64,000 nucleotides of DNA, from NCBI RefSeq assembly GCF_009914755.1, contig NC_060927.1; one strand, given 5' to 3'. The translations under genes were made by a program, and so were the position numbers. Positions 1-15,766 of this stretch are shown one piece after another. Numbering within the stretch: the stretch's first letter is position 1; the number at the start of each line of letters is the position of its first letter. The notes beneath the pieces are model-generated. The model was not told where the DNA came from, did no database searches, and worked only from the letters and a program-made list of their open reading frames with translations. This stretch comes from the human T2T-CHM13v2.0 reference genome, Homo sapiens.

Positions 1-293
1 GGGGATGAAGACAGGATGCCAAAGAGAAATAAAAATAAACATGTGTCTAGAACGTGTGCCCCTTATGTTGTAGCATCCCAGGGAGAGCTTGAAGGTGCAG
101 GGCCAGGAAGGAGCTGCTCCTCAGCACAAAATGACTCCACACACAGAGGTTTGAAGAAGCCCCTTGCAGAACCTGGAGATGGTCCCCTGAGGCCAAGGCT
201 TTTACAATCTGTAGTCTCAGCTTCCATCTCCAGGAAGTCGGCCTTGAGAACTTCCTGTTTTTCAGGAAGCTGGTTCAAAGAAGCTGGTTCTGG

Positions 294-2085
<1,792 letters not shown>

Positions 2086-3408
2086 AAAGAAGCTGGTCCT
2101 GGAAGGCCCCAGGGATGTTGGGATTTCCCCTGCATTGCCAGTGCAATTTATTTCTAGATCCTTCATTTCAGCAGCAAGATTTCCTTCTGTGTGTGTTACA
2201 AACATGCATAATGACTGAATGATGGGTATGAATGAATAATGTATGGTCAATGACTGCTAGATCCCAAAGATGACTGTCTTCTTGGGTACCTCTTTTTTTG
2301 CTCCCATCCCAAACACAACCCTGACTAGGCTCCACCAGCCCCATGTGGTGACAGCTGTGGCTTCCCTGGGTGACCCAGCACACTCCATTCAGCTGGTGAG
2401 AACTAGAGTTAGGTCAGAGCACCCGCCTGCACCCCCCAACTCCACTCAGCATCCCGCCGAACTTGGCTTAGAGCTTCCTACATCCACTGGAGGTGTGGGA
2501 GACAGAGGCAGAATTCAGATTCCCTACAGTTCTATCACCCACATCAAGGTTATAGGTTTAGCTTTATTATCTCTGGGCTTTTTCACGTTCTGTTTTCCTT
2601 TCTGATGTCCAAAGTCCTACCAAACTCCAAGACTTGAACTCCTTCATGAAGACATGGTAGTCTTATCCCACAGCAGTGCAAACTGAATATGTTTCTAACA
2701 AGTTTAAAGTTGAATAACCCCAACATCAGCAATTCAAATGCACAAAGATGGAACTCTCTTCATTTGTCTCTTACTAAAATTAACTTAGTTTTTGTGCATT
2801 CATTTTTTGCTGAAGGTGGAAAACTTAATCTTGCCAATTTAAAACAACTGGTGACTTCCAGTTTAAAAATCATGTTCTTTTGGGTAACCGTGCCTCAGGC
2901 GATCTAAGTTCCTGGGAGGCTGTACACATGTCTGCTGGCTGTGTCCTCGCTTGCCTCTGCCAGTGAGACTTGCCTTTTCTGTGTGTTGCCAGCTGTTTTT
3001 GATGTCCTTGCCCTGCAGGAGTCAGGCCGATGCCCTCCTTGTCCCAACCACAAGGCCCCTGCTGGTCCGGCAGGCCTCTGAAGTTCCACCTCGCCCCCAA
3101 GACACTGCTAGTCCACTGCCCCCAGGCCTCCATGCAGGATTCTCCAGGAGGGCTAGGTGTCCCAGGCTACACCTTGGAGAGCCAGGCCATCACAGCTTCC
3201 TTCTCAAGTACCCTGACTGATCCAAGATATTCACCCTTCCCCCTGCCATAGGGAGTTTGCTCTGAAGCAGAAGCACAGAACACTGGGCATTTGCCTCGAA
3301 GCTCTGGCCCCGCCCACTGCAAGTCTCCCTCCCTTCCCAGCTGGCGAACTCCTATCTCTCAAAGCAGGAAACTCATATTTTCATCCCCACTCCTTCTATA
3401 TTTGAGAC

Positions 3409-3569
3409 CAGTGTTCTCAAAGTGTGATCTCGGGACCAGCAGCATCAGCATCGCCTGAGGAGTTGTTAGACATAGGCTCGGGCCCCACCCCAGACCTGCT
3501 GCCTCAGAAACACTGCACTGGAACCAGCCCCCTCAGTGGTTCTGACCAGACCAGAGTTTAAGAACCACC
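3409..3569 (+). mobile_element. MER5A hAT-Charlie DNA transposon relic
   Basis: CAGTGTTCTCAAAGTGTG...CAGCAGCATCAGCATC...AGAACCAC termini. Confidence 0.85.
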
Positions 3570-5229
3570 CTCTAGTTCCAGTGTCTGCACCTGCCCCCTC
3601 CAGCTCTTGATATTTTAAACAAAATCTACAATTCCAAAGGCACTTTTCTTTCTTAGCACCAGGCTTTCAAAACTTATCTCTGCTTAAAATATTCAAAAGC
3701 CTAGCCCACAATCAACTGCACATATTTAGAGTGTACAATTTGATAAGTTTTGACTGACGTATACACAATCAAGATAATAAACATTCCCCATCACCACGAA
3801 AAGGTTTTTGTTCGGACAGGACTCTGCTTTGGGGTTTAGTGGCTTCCTTCTTCCCTGGCAGGGCAAGCCCCAGCTAGCTCCAGGCTTCAAGGCAAAGGGC
3901 AGGGGAGCTGGGAGTAGAGAGGAAGAGCAACTGGGAGAGAAAGTGCATTGGGTAAAACTTGAAAACATGATTTCACCACGGAGTCACTCTACAACTATTG
4001 TGAAGGGAAGACTAGGTTCTTAACACCATGCTGGGAACTGGGGTAGGGGGTATAGGTAAGACTGTGAACAAGACAGACATCCTGACACTGAACCTAGATC
4101 CCTGGAGGAATCCACGCATTGATGACGTTGATCCATGGATTCCTGGGAGGAGGCCACGCAGGTGCCTGAGCAGAGAGTAACAAGAGAGCCACCTCACTGG
4201 GATTCTGGGCATTGGTGAGAAGGTTTGGCGAGACCTGGAGATGGGTTGACCAGGGTGAGTTCTGGGCAGAGGAAGCGGCTCGTATGGAGGACTGGCCGCC
4301 CAAGGAGGCCCCTGAGGGAGCTGAGCCACAAGCCGGACTTTATCCCAGCGCCTGCTCACCTTGTAATGAACCGTGAGCAGCTCTGTGCCTTTCTCCCTAG
4401 GATTATTTCAATCCCACAGTGTTGACTTAAGTATTTAATATTTGTCTCTGTTCTTTTTAGTTCAGGTTGCAAGGTTGCGATCATAAACTCCACAGCTTGG
4501 TGTGTCTCTCGTGTCACATTTCTTTGTTTCTCTAAACCAAGTGTAATCAGCTGAGTCCCACCCCAGCTTACCATAGAGCCGAGATTGTCTGCCCCTCCCT
4601 GCTCCTAGGGTCCTGAGGGTCTCACACAATCCAGAACAGGAGCTAGGGACCCTCTGGTTTCTGGCCCTCACTGACAACAAGGGCCAATGACACGAGCTCA
4701 CTGTCAGAGTTGAGACGGTCCTTGAGCATAAGGGCTCTGCTACTCTTGGGCCAAGCTAGGACAGGAGGTCTTTGCTGAACCTAGGAGTCCCAGTGCTGTG
4801 GGCCAACCTGCCTGGCTGCACCCCAGAGCCTCTCCCTGGGGACGCTGTGAGGGAACAGGTGTAGACTGCATTGCCTTAAAACATTACCCGCTTCCCAGTC
4901 TCTCCCCATCCCTCTCACGGCTGGCCCTGGCCAGCTACGCTCCATCCCCTTCCCTACTCATCACTTCTCCCGATATTGGCCTATTCTTCTGAGCAGAGCT
5001 GTGGGTGAGCAGGTCCTGAGGAACTCACTGTTCCCCCTCCTCAGCCAGTGTGGGGCCCGGCAAAATGCATCATTCTCCATCCCTGTGTAGCCCTCAAGGC
5101 AGTGGGGGATCTGGCTCTTTAGTGGGCTCCCCAGGCCCCGTCCTGGGTTGCCTTCCTCAGGGCAGTAACTCCTCTGGGCACAGCAGCCTCTGTGGCGAGA
5201 GCCTCCCAGGGCAGGAGGTAAGCCTGGAT

Positions 5230-6021
5230 AGGAGTGAATCTGGAAGAGGATCTTGTGAGATTTCAGAAACTAGATCATACAAGGTACGATCACTTCTCTT
5301 TTGCTCTCTTGAATCACTCCCTCTGGGGGAGGCCAGTTGCTACATTATGAACAGCCCTATAGAGAGGCTCATGTGATGAAGAACTGAGACCTCCAGACAG
5401 CAGCCATGTGAATCAGCCATCTTGGAAGACAATCCCCCAACCTCAGACAAACCTTCAAATAACTGCAGTTCTAGTTGCAACTTAACTGCAACCTTAGGAG
5501 AGACTCAAAGCCAGAACCACCCAGCTAAGTCACTCCCAGATTTCTGACCCGCAGAGACTGATTGATATAATGTCTTAGTCTGCCTGAGCTGCTGTAACAA
5601 AAATAACCGTAAACTGGGTGGCTTACAAACAATGGAAATTGATTTCTCACAGTTCTGGAGGCTGGGAAGTCCAAGATCAAGATGCTGGCAGATCCAGCAA
5701 ATGTGAGGGCCTGATTTCTAGACCACTGTTTTTTTGTTTTTGTTTTTGTTTTTTTGCTATAACCTCCCATCACAGAAGGGGCAAGGGATCTCTCTGGGGT
5801 ATCCTTTATAAGGGCACTAGTCTCTTTCATGAGGGCTCTGCCTTCATGACCTAATCACCTCTCAAAGGTCTCACCTAATATTATCACCTTGGGGTTCATA
5901 TTTCAACATGTGACTTTTGGGGCAAAATAAACATTCAGTACATGGTAAGTAACAAATGCTTATTATTTTAAGCTGTTAAGTTTTGGAGTTATTTGTTATG
6001 CAGCAACAGATAACTAATACA
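5230..6021 (+). mobile_element. MLT1F-like MaLR LTR, interrupted by a second LTR
   Basis: CAGCCATCTTGGAAG...GCCAGAACCACCCAGCTAAG; ends TTTGTTATGCAGCAACAGATAACTAATACA. Confidence 0.8.
5571..5947 (-). mobile_element. MLT1A-like MaLR solo LTR nested in the MLT1F-like LTR
   Basis: TGTCTTAGTC...CACAGTTCTGGAGGCTGGGAAGTCCAAGATCAAG...ACATTCAG. Confidence 0.85.
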
Positions 6022-6189
6022 CAACCATTTATGGAAAACCAGTACCACATGCTATAAATAGAAAATACCCTGAAAATAAATAAGATAAAACCTAAACAAT
6101 GTCATTGAATTTTGGCTAGATACTCTTAATTACCAAGACTCTGAACCCAGACCAGCCCTCTCTTAAAAACAAAGATGGTTATGTGTTTA

Positions 6190-6862
<673 letters not shown>

Positions 6863-7296
6863 TAGAAAGTAAAATATTTTTTTAAATGACATTTATTTTG
6901 ACTACATGAGTCTAAGCTAACACATGCCTAAAATCAACATCTCATATACCGCCAGTGACAGGTTTATTAGGCTTTGGGAATCACTGGCCCAGAGTGTCCA
7001 CTCCTGCTGGCATGCTCTGTGTCTGAGCCAGACCTCAAAGCCAGAAGACAAGGAGGTTTGTGGTGATGTAAGACTTCTAGAGCCAGGCATTGACTGCCAT
7101 TGTGTTTCCGACAGATAGGCCCCAGAAAATACCCTATGTCCAGCTCTGCTGAGGACTCTATTGGCAAATAGCCTTCCTTCTTGGCAGTTTCTCAAAAAGC
7201 CCTTTTGAAGTCAGAGTAGATGCTATGTTAAGTCTGTGGACTATTTTGAACAACAGACTTCTCCTCAGCAAAAAAAAAAAAATTCACTTTAGTGCT

Positions 7297-7515
7297 TGTG
7301 ATAGATTTTATTAATGTCCCAAATTTATCACCCCTCCCTGTGCCCATGCTGTTTGCCATGTGACTTTGTAGTTCTTTTCACTAAAGAAGTGAGTCTATTT
7401 CCCTGCTCTTTGACTTTAGGCTGGGTCACATGACTTGTTTTAGCCAGTGGAATGTAAGCAAGACATGGCAAAGGCTTCAAAAGCATGAATGGAGTTGGGT
7501 TTGCCCTCATGTTCT
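7297..7515 (+). mobile_element. MLT1 (G/H-like) LTR 5' fragment
   Basis: TTGCCATGTGACTTTGTAG...CATGACTTGTTTTAGCCAGTGGAATG. Confidence 0.65.
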
Positions 7516-7721
7516 TGGTGGACCAACAAGATGTGCTGAGGGAGTGAATGTGTGGGTGGAAACTAACAATGAGTCTCAGGTTTCAGGATTGAGCATCTAG
7601 GTGGTTAGTGATGTCACTTACTCAGATGGGCAGGACTTGGGGAGCAGTGAGATTTGTGTGTGGAGACATGACAGGGTTAAGGGAGAGTCCAGATTATGGT
7701 TGGAACAGAGAACCATCAAAA

Positions 7722-7860
7722 TGTGAGATTTTACCCCTATTTGCAAATTAGTCTGCCATAGTTTTTTGTGTGCTGACAGAAGGCATGAAATCCTGAGTGA
7801 GAGACAAAGGTCAGTTTATTACTTCCAGGAATAACAGTAGCCAGGATAGCTGCATTTGTC
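7722..7860 (-). mobile_element. ERVL-type LTR fragment (subfamily uncertain)
   Basis: TGTGAGATTTTACCCCTATTTGCAA...GAGACAAAGG..TTTATTACT. Confidence 0.5.
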
Positions 7861-8206
7861 CTCAGGACCATTTTGCACCTTAGAGGAAGCAAGTTCACTG
7901 ACTTCTCTCTAAGTCCAGAGATGTCATCCACGGGTAGCTTCCTGCTTTTCTGTCGGTTCACTTCCACAACACAAATCAGATCACATCTCACCCCAGTTTT
8001 TGCCTCTCCCAGGTAAGTCCTCTAGCTTTCTCTTTTTTCCAGTACACACCAAGGGAAGTCCCCTCTTCTCAGAGTTCTTTCCCTATCACTTTCTGAGAAA
8101 TGCCATTCTTGACCAATCTACCACAGTTCCAGCTTTTCTCCTTTGTGGCACCTGCTGCATGTTCTAATTTGTTTGTTATTTACTCAGTTGCTTATTATCT
8201 TTCCCT

Positions 8207-10706
8207 CACCTTAGTCTGTTTTCTGAGGCTATAACACAATACCATAAACTGAGTAATTTATAAAGAAAATAAATGTATTTATCACAGTTCTAGAGGCTGG
8301 GAAGTCCAAGAGCATGGTGCCAGCATCTGGTGAGGACCTTCTTGTTGTGTCATAACATGGTGGAGGGCATCACATGACAAGAAGACAAGAGCATGCATGC
8401 CAGCTCAGACCTCTTCTCCTCTTCTTATAAAGCCATCAGTTTTGTCCTGGGGTCTCCACCCTGGTGAACTTATCTTATCCTAATAAGTTCCCCTAGGCCC
8501 CACCTCCAATTAAAATATGGATTTGGGGATTAAGTTTCAAACACATGAAATTTAGGGGACACATGCAAACCATAGCATTCCACCCCTGGCTTCCAAAATT
8601 TATGTCCTTCTCACACACAAAATACGTTAACTCCATCCCAATAGCCCCAAAGTTTTAACTTGTTCCAGCACCAACTCAAAAGTTCAAAGTCTGGTGTCTC
8701 ATGTGAAGCATATATGGGTGAGACTTAAAGCATAATTCTTCTTGAGATAAAGTCCCCTCTAGCTGTGGACATGTAAAAGTAAACAAGTTATCTACTTTCA
8801 GAATACAATGGTGAGACAGGCATAAGATAGACATTTCTATTCCAAAATGGGGAAAGAGGCAAGAAAAGGGGGTAACCGATCCCAAGGAAGCCCAAAACAC
8901 AGAAGGGAAAACAACATTAAGTCTTAAAGCTGGAGAATATTCTCTCTTGATTCCATGTCCTGCATTCTGGGCACACTGGTGTGGGGGTTGAGTCCCCAAA
9001 GCCTTGGGCAACAGCGCTACTCTCACAGCATACCTGGGCTCTGCTCACACTTCAGTCCTTGAGGGTTGGAGTTGGGTGCCTGTGGCTTTCTCAGGCTGGA
9101 ACTGCACACTGTTGGTTCTACGGATCTGGTCTTGGCAGCGGTCCTGCTCCCATGGCTCCATTAGGTATTACCCCAGTGGGACTCTGTGGTGACCGTGCTT
9201 CCACTACTCCACTAGGCATTGCCCTAGTGGGGACTCTCTGTAGCATCTCCGACCTCACAGTTCTGCTTGGCATTGCCTAAGTAGGGATTCTGTGGTGGTC
9301 CTGCCCTGTAACAAGTCTGCCTGGGCAGCCATGCTGTTCATGACATCCTTTGAAATCTACACAGAGGAAGCTATGCCCCACAGCTCTTGCATTCTGTGTG
9401 TCTGCAGAATTAGCACCCTGTGGATATTACCAAAGTTTCTGGCTTGTACCTTCTGGAATTATGGGTCTAGTCACACCTGGACCTGCTTGAGCCATGGCTG
9501 GGGTGGTCAAGGAACACCAGAATGCGCTCACACTTCAGTCCTTGAGGGTTGGAGTTGGGTGCCTGTGGTTTTCTCAGGCTGGAACTGCATGCTGTTGGTT
9601 CTACGGATCTGAAGCACAGATCTGAGGCAGCCCTAGGCAGGAAGCCCATGGAGGTTACCCAGGTCAGTCCCCTGAAACCATTCTCATCTCCTAGAGCTCT
9701 GGGCCTGTGATGGGAGGAGCAGCCTCAAAGGTCTCTGAAATGCCTTTGGAGTCATTCTTTTCCTATCTTGATGAATAGCCTCTGGCTCCTTTGTATTTGC
9801 ACATGAAGAGTACTTCATGTGGCCAGGCTACACATTTTCCAAATTTTTTTCCTTCTGTTTCCTCTCATATCTTACAATAAGTATTAAAAGTAGCCATGCA
9901 GTAGCCTGAGTGCTTTGCTGCTTAGATGTTTCTCCTACCAGGTAACCTAGTTCATTGTTCTTAAGTTCCATCTTCTCTAAGGCCCTTGGGTATGGACATA
10001 GTTCAGCCAGCTTCTTTGCCACAATGTCATAAGGATGACCCTTACTCCAGTTCCAATATCTTATTCCTCCATTCTGCCTGAGACTTCATCAGAGTGGCCT
10101 TTACTGCCCATATTTCCACCAATGTTCTAGTCACACCACTTCACTCTAAGAAGTTGCAGACTTTCCCTAGTCTTCTTTTCTTTTGAACCCTCACCAGAAT
10201 CACCCTTAATGTTCCATTTATGGCAATACAACATTTTTCCAGCATTTACTTCAAAATTGTTCCAGCTTCTTCCCAGTTCCTAAGTTGCTTCTACATTTTC
10301 AAATATTAATTATTACCAAGAGTCCCACTTCTCCATGCCAGTTTTCTGTCTTAGTCTGTTTTATGTTGCTATAACCATACATGAGACTGGGTAATATAGA
10401 AAGGAAGAAATTTATTTCTCACAGTTTCAGAGACTGGGAAGTCTGAGAGTATTTGGCGAGGGCCTTTGTGCTGCATGATTACATGGCGGAGGGGATCATG
10501 TGGCAGGAGTGCAAGCGTGTGTGCATCAGCTCACTCAGCTCTCTTCTCCTCTTCTTATGAAGTCACCAATTCCATCACAGCGTTTCCACACTGATGACCT
10601 TATCCAAACATAATTAACTCCCAACAGCCCCATCTCCAGTCAACATGTGGATTTGGGGATTGAGTTTCCAACACACAAAATTTAGGGGACATATCAAATC
10701 ATAGCA
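8207..10706 (-). mobile_element. Two-LTR MST-family MaLR provirus (LTRs ~8207-8577 and 10347-10706, internal 8578-10346), inserted in an L2 3' end
   Basis: Two homologous direct LTRs ending CATAGCA. Polypurine tract CCAGGGGTGGAA (minus, 8578-8589). Internal start GAAAACTGGC..GAAGTGGG. L2 3'-end sequence resumes at 10707 (CAGCACCTGGCATG..AATAAATATTTGTGGAAT). Confidence 0.9.
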
Positions 10707-11540
10707 ACCCCACTGGAAGACGGTTCCCTGAAGATGGAGAACTCTGTGTGGTTCATTCAAATCTTAATCCAGCACCTGGCATGTGGAAGTTTCTAAATAA
10801 ATATTTGTGGAATCCAAAATTATATTTTCCAAAGAGCAGCTTGTGTTTTAAAGGCCTATACTAGCTGGCATTTTGGTAGGATAAATTCTACCAATTACAA
10901 ATTTCTTGGGAAAGATACATTTTAATAATTTCCTGTGATCTTACTATTTTTAAGGGCTTATTCAAGAAAGCATTTTATACAGGTCAGATGGCTTTTTGTT
11001 GGTTTTCTTGGTTTCTTACACAAAATGATAAATGCTCTAATGAAGCTTTAAAAGCTACAAAATTAAATACAGGGGTTTTTTCCAGGAGCTGTTGCAATAC
11101 ACAGTTGTCTTTAAATTTCCTCAGCCCTCTGAGCAAACAGCTATATGGTAAAGGCTTTATTAGTGTCATTAGTGTTAGGAAAATCATTTGGGGTTTGAGT
11201 GTTCATAAAAACATTTCATTTTTAAACAATACTGAATATTCCCCAAATTACACACATTCTGGCAGAGCTCTTGCACACTGCAGACAAGAATGAATACACG
11301 AAATGTTGAATTATGACACAAAATACTCTTTTGGAGGCAATTTCTTTTAGTGTGTGATGTGCTCTCAGAAGTAATTCTTACATGTGTTGACCTGTTTCTT
11401 CAATGCCTCGTGTGACAGTTAAGATGCTCAAGAAAGGATGCTCCAATTAACTTCATCAGATGTGAGGATATGAGTCTGTGGAGGCTACTGTGAAAGCTTT
11501 TGTTTTTCTGATAAAAGAGTTGGATGTAATGGGTACAGCT

Positions 11541-11896
<356 letters not shown>

Positions 11897-12016
11897 GGGT
11901 ACAGTTTTTTTTTTCTTCGTTCCTTCTTCTGCTTTTGAAGATGGGTGTAATGGTACAAACTCTGGTGGCCTTTTTGCAACCATGGGAGAAAGCCCAGAGA
12001 AATCTCAGCGTTACCA

Positions 12017-12468
12017 ATGGTGTCAGTTTAAGTTCTTCAGGAAGCAAATGCCTAGATAGGAGTAAATGGGCAAAGATCTGATTAGGGGATATGCCTGTAT
12101 AAGGGAAAATAGGGAGGGGGCCAAATAAGACTAGGAGAGCCACCAGATTTTGATGATGTCTTACTCTATCCAACTGAAGAAGAGAGGGAGCGAAGATTGG
12201 GTGAAGGCATCTTAGACTGCTGTATAGTCTAAGGCAAGTTCAGCAAAGCCATCCAGGAGTCTTCAAGCCAAACGTGACTGTCAGAGGAGTCCCAGGTCTT
12301 CCAGGAGTGGATTGGCCTTGGTATCCCTGCCGCATAAACCACTGGTTGGGAGCCACCCATGGAATGCATGGCTTTTGCACAAACATTGCAATAGATTTTA
12401 AAGCGCAATGGCTGACGCCCTTGGTCAGTTATGCTCCCTGTAGCTGGAAGTCTGTGAGGCCACAACAC
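12017..12468 (-). mobile_element. LTR33 (ERVL) solo LTR
   Basis: TCTTAGACTGC..GTCAGAGGAGTCCC..GTATCCCTGCCGC..TTATGCTCCCTG; homologous to 30303-30752. Confidence 0.8.
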
Positions 12469-12874
12469 CATTACTGAACCACAGCCAAAAACCAACTTCC
12501 TCTGGACTACTTGCTATCAGAGAAAAATAAGCTCCTAATTGTCTGTACCCTTGTCCCATTTTCTATAACTTGCTGCTGAACGCATTCCTACCAGAAACAC
12601 CCTTCACCCTGGGTAAGCCTAGCCTCCCACCAATTCAGGCTTCTCTTTTTCTTATCCTCTCTCTTGTCTCTGTTCTTCACTTTCCCCCTCCAATTTCTCA
12701 TGCAGAGCAGAGTAATTCTGTCTCTTTGATACTTGAACTCCTGCCAACACTCAGCTCTCAAGGTCCCACCTTCAACCCCAAGTTGAAGTGGCTTATCAAG
12801 TTGTTTTTCCAAAACAAACACTATTCTCTCCTTAAGAGGAATTCTGGTGCCAGGTGGTAAGATAAAAATTTCAG

Positions 12875-13145
12875 GGCCAGACACAGTGACTCATGCCTGT
12901 AATCCCAGCACTTTGGAAGACTGACTCAAGAGGATTGTTTGAGGCCAGGAATCCAAGACCCCATCTCTACAAAAAAATAAAATAAAAGAATTAGCCAGGC
13001 ATGGTGGTGCACACCTGTGTTCCCAGCTACTTGGGAGACTGACGCAGGAGAATAACCTGAGCCCAGGAGGTCAAGGCTGCAGTAACCTGTCTTGGCCCAC
13101 TGTACTCCAGCCTAAGTGATAGAGTAAGACCCTGTACTAAAAATA
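12875..13145 (+). mobile_element. AluJ-type with internal deletion
   Basis: Alu dimer, diverged. Confidence 0.9.
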
Positions 13146-13157
13146 AGAGCCAATGAT

Positions 13158-13199
13158 AGGGAAAGAAAGAAAGAAGAAAGAACGGAAGAGAAAGAAAGA

Positions 13200-13273
<74 letters not shown>

Positions 13274-13307
13274 AAAGAAAGGAAGGAAGAAAGAAAAGGA
13301 AGGAAGG

Positions 13308-13338
<31 letters not shown>

Positions 13339-13626
13339 GGAGGGAAAGAAAGAGAGAGAGAGAAAAGAAAGAGAGAAGAAAGAAAGAAAAAAAGAAGAAA
13401 GAGAAAGAAAGACAGACAGAAAGAAAGGAAGGAAGGAAGGAAGAAAGGGAAGGAAGGGAAAGAAAGAAAGAAAGAAAAGAAAGAAGAAGAAAGAGAAAGA
13501 AAGAAAAAGAAGTGGAAGGAAGGAAAGAAGGAGGGAGGAAGGGAAGGGAGGGAGGGAGGGAGGAAGGGAAGGAGGGAAGGAGAGGAAGGGAGGGGTAGGG
13601 AGGAGAGGGGAGGAGAGGAGAAAGGA
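13158..13626 (+). repeat. Compound polypurine tract (GAAA)n/(GGAA)n/(GGGA)n
   Basis: ~470 bp, almost entirely A/G. Confidence 0.97.
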
Positions 13627-13923
13627 AGCTGGGCGTGGTGGCTCATGCCTGTAATCCCAGCACTTTGGAAGGCGGAGGAGGGCGGATCACCTGAGGTCAG
13701 CAGTTCGAGACCAGCCTGGCCAACATCGTGAAACCCCGTCTCTACGAAAAATACAAACACTAGCTAGGCGTGATGGTGGGTGCCTGTAACCCCAGCTACT
13801 TAGGAGGCTGAGGCAGGAGAATTGCTTGAACCGGGAGGCGGAGGTTGCAGTGAGCTGAGATCGTGCCATTGCACCCAAGCCTGGGCAACAAGAAATAAAC
13901 TCCATCTCAAAAAAAAAAAAAAA
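13627..13923 (+). mobile_element. AluS-type (Sq/Sp-like)
   Basis: GGATCACCTGAGGTC, GGCAACAAGA, poly-A. Confidence 0.95.
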
Positions 13924-14244
13924 GAAAGAAAGAAAGAAAAAGAAAAAGAGAAAAAAAGAAAGAGAAAGAATTTCAGCTCATTGTGCACATGCACACACAT
14001 ACCCATGTACACTACAATTGTTCTCTGGGGTAGGTTACTTATCTACCTCCCTAACGTGTGAACTACCTTAGAACTAAGACCATGCCTCTTTTTGTGTACC
14101 TCAATTTTATTATTAATTATTTCAAACATACAGCAAACTATCAATAATGATATAATACTCAAAAACACACCACAGGGATTTAACAATGTTAGCGTTTTAC
14201 CATATTTGCTTTGAGTTGTATTTTAAGGAACAGTTTATAACAGA

Positions 14245-14440
14245 TAATAATAACCACAATAATGCTAACATAGAGTATTGAACACATGCCAGCTGCTCTT
14301 CTAAATGCTTCACATGTATTAACCTCTTTTAAACCTCACAAAATCTGTGAAATAGATATTAATGTTGGCTCCACTGATAGGCAAGGAACCTGGAGCACAG
14401 AGATGTTAAGTAACTTGCCCAAAATCTCACAGCTAATGAG
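14245..14440 (-). mobile_element. MIR
   Basis: GCACAGAGATGTTAAGTAACTTGCCCAA core. Confidence 0.8.
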
Positions 14441-14747
<307 letters not shown>

Positions 14748-14810
14748 TAAAATATTTTTAATTTCCCTTGTCTTGCAGCTTTTCACCAAGAAGAGGCCTA
14801 GATCTTTCTT

Positions 14811-15216
14811 TTATTAGTTTTCTATCGCTGCATAACAACTTATCCCAACACAAAATGGCTTAAACCAATAAGGATTCAGGGAGCTGGCACTGTCGGGAGG
14901 TCCATTCACTTCGGTGTCTGGCAGTTGATGCTGGCTGTGGCCTGGGTCCCCAGCCTGGGCTTCCCTCTGACACGGTGGCTGGGTTCCAAGGACAAGTGAC
15001 CCAGAGAGACAGAGAGTCAAGCAGAAGCCGAGTTGCTTTTATGACCTCAGAAGTCACATATCGTATCACTTCCACCGCATCTGATGGGTCAAGGCAGTTA
15101 CAAAAGTCTGCCTGGGTTCAAGGGGAGGGAGCATAGACCCTACCTCTCGATGGAGAGGCGTCAGTTTACATCGTGAGGAAAGTGGGTGGGATGGGATATG
15201 CACTCAGTCTATCACA
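14811..15216 (-). mobile_element. MLT1F-like LTR
   Basis: TATTAGTTTTCTATCGCTGCATAACAA...CTCAGAAGTCACA..TCACTTCCACCGCAT. Confidence 0.75.
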
Positions 15217-15471
15217 GATCCTGAAAAACAGGCAGCCTAATAGGTCCTCTTTCCTGGAGAAGAGTTGATTCTTTCTAACCAATTGGATTCTTCTAGAATG
15301 TATGAGAATGGCCTTAACCAGTGTGTCCACTATGAAAGCAGAGCAGGAGCAAAAGTTACGGTGCTTTTCAACTTTTGTATAGCTAGTACCATGCTTTTTT
15401 CTTTACTTGTTCAAATATTATCAGCCCTTAAAACATGGAATATACAAGCAGTCTTAAAAATCTAGCCAAGT

Positions 15472-15766
<295 letters not shown>

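Noticed and set aside
9155-9295. Repeated GGCATTGCCCTAGTGGGGACTCT units resembling a spaced array or CRISPR
   Set aside because: Degenerate internal repeats of the MST MaLR internal region in eukaryotic DNA; no cas genes
13137-13760. 207-aa and 192-aa ORFs (F/L/S-rich and K/E/R-rich)
   Set aside because: Translations of a purine/pyrimidine simple repeat plus Alu; stop codons are absent because of base composition
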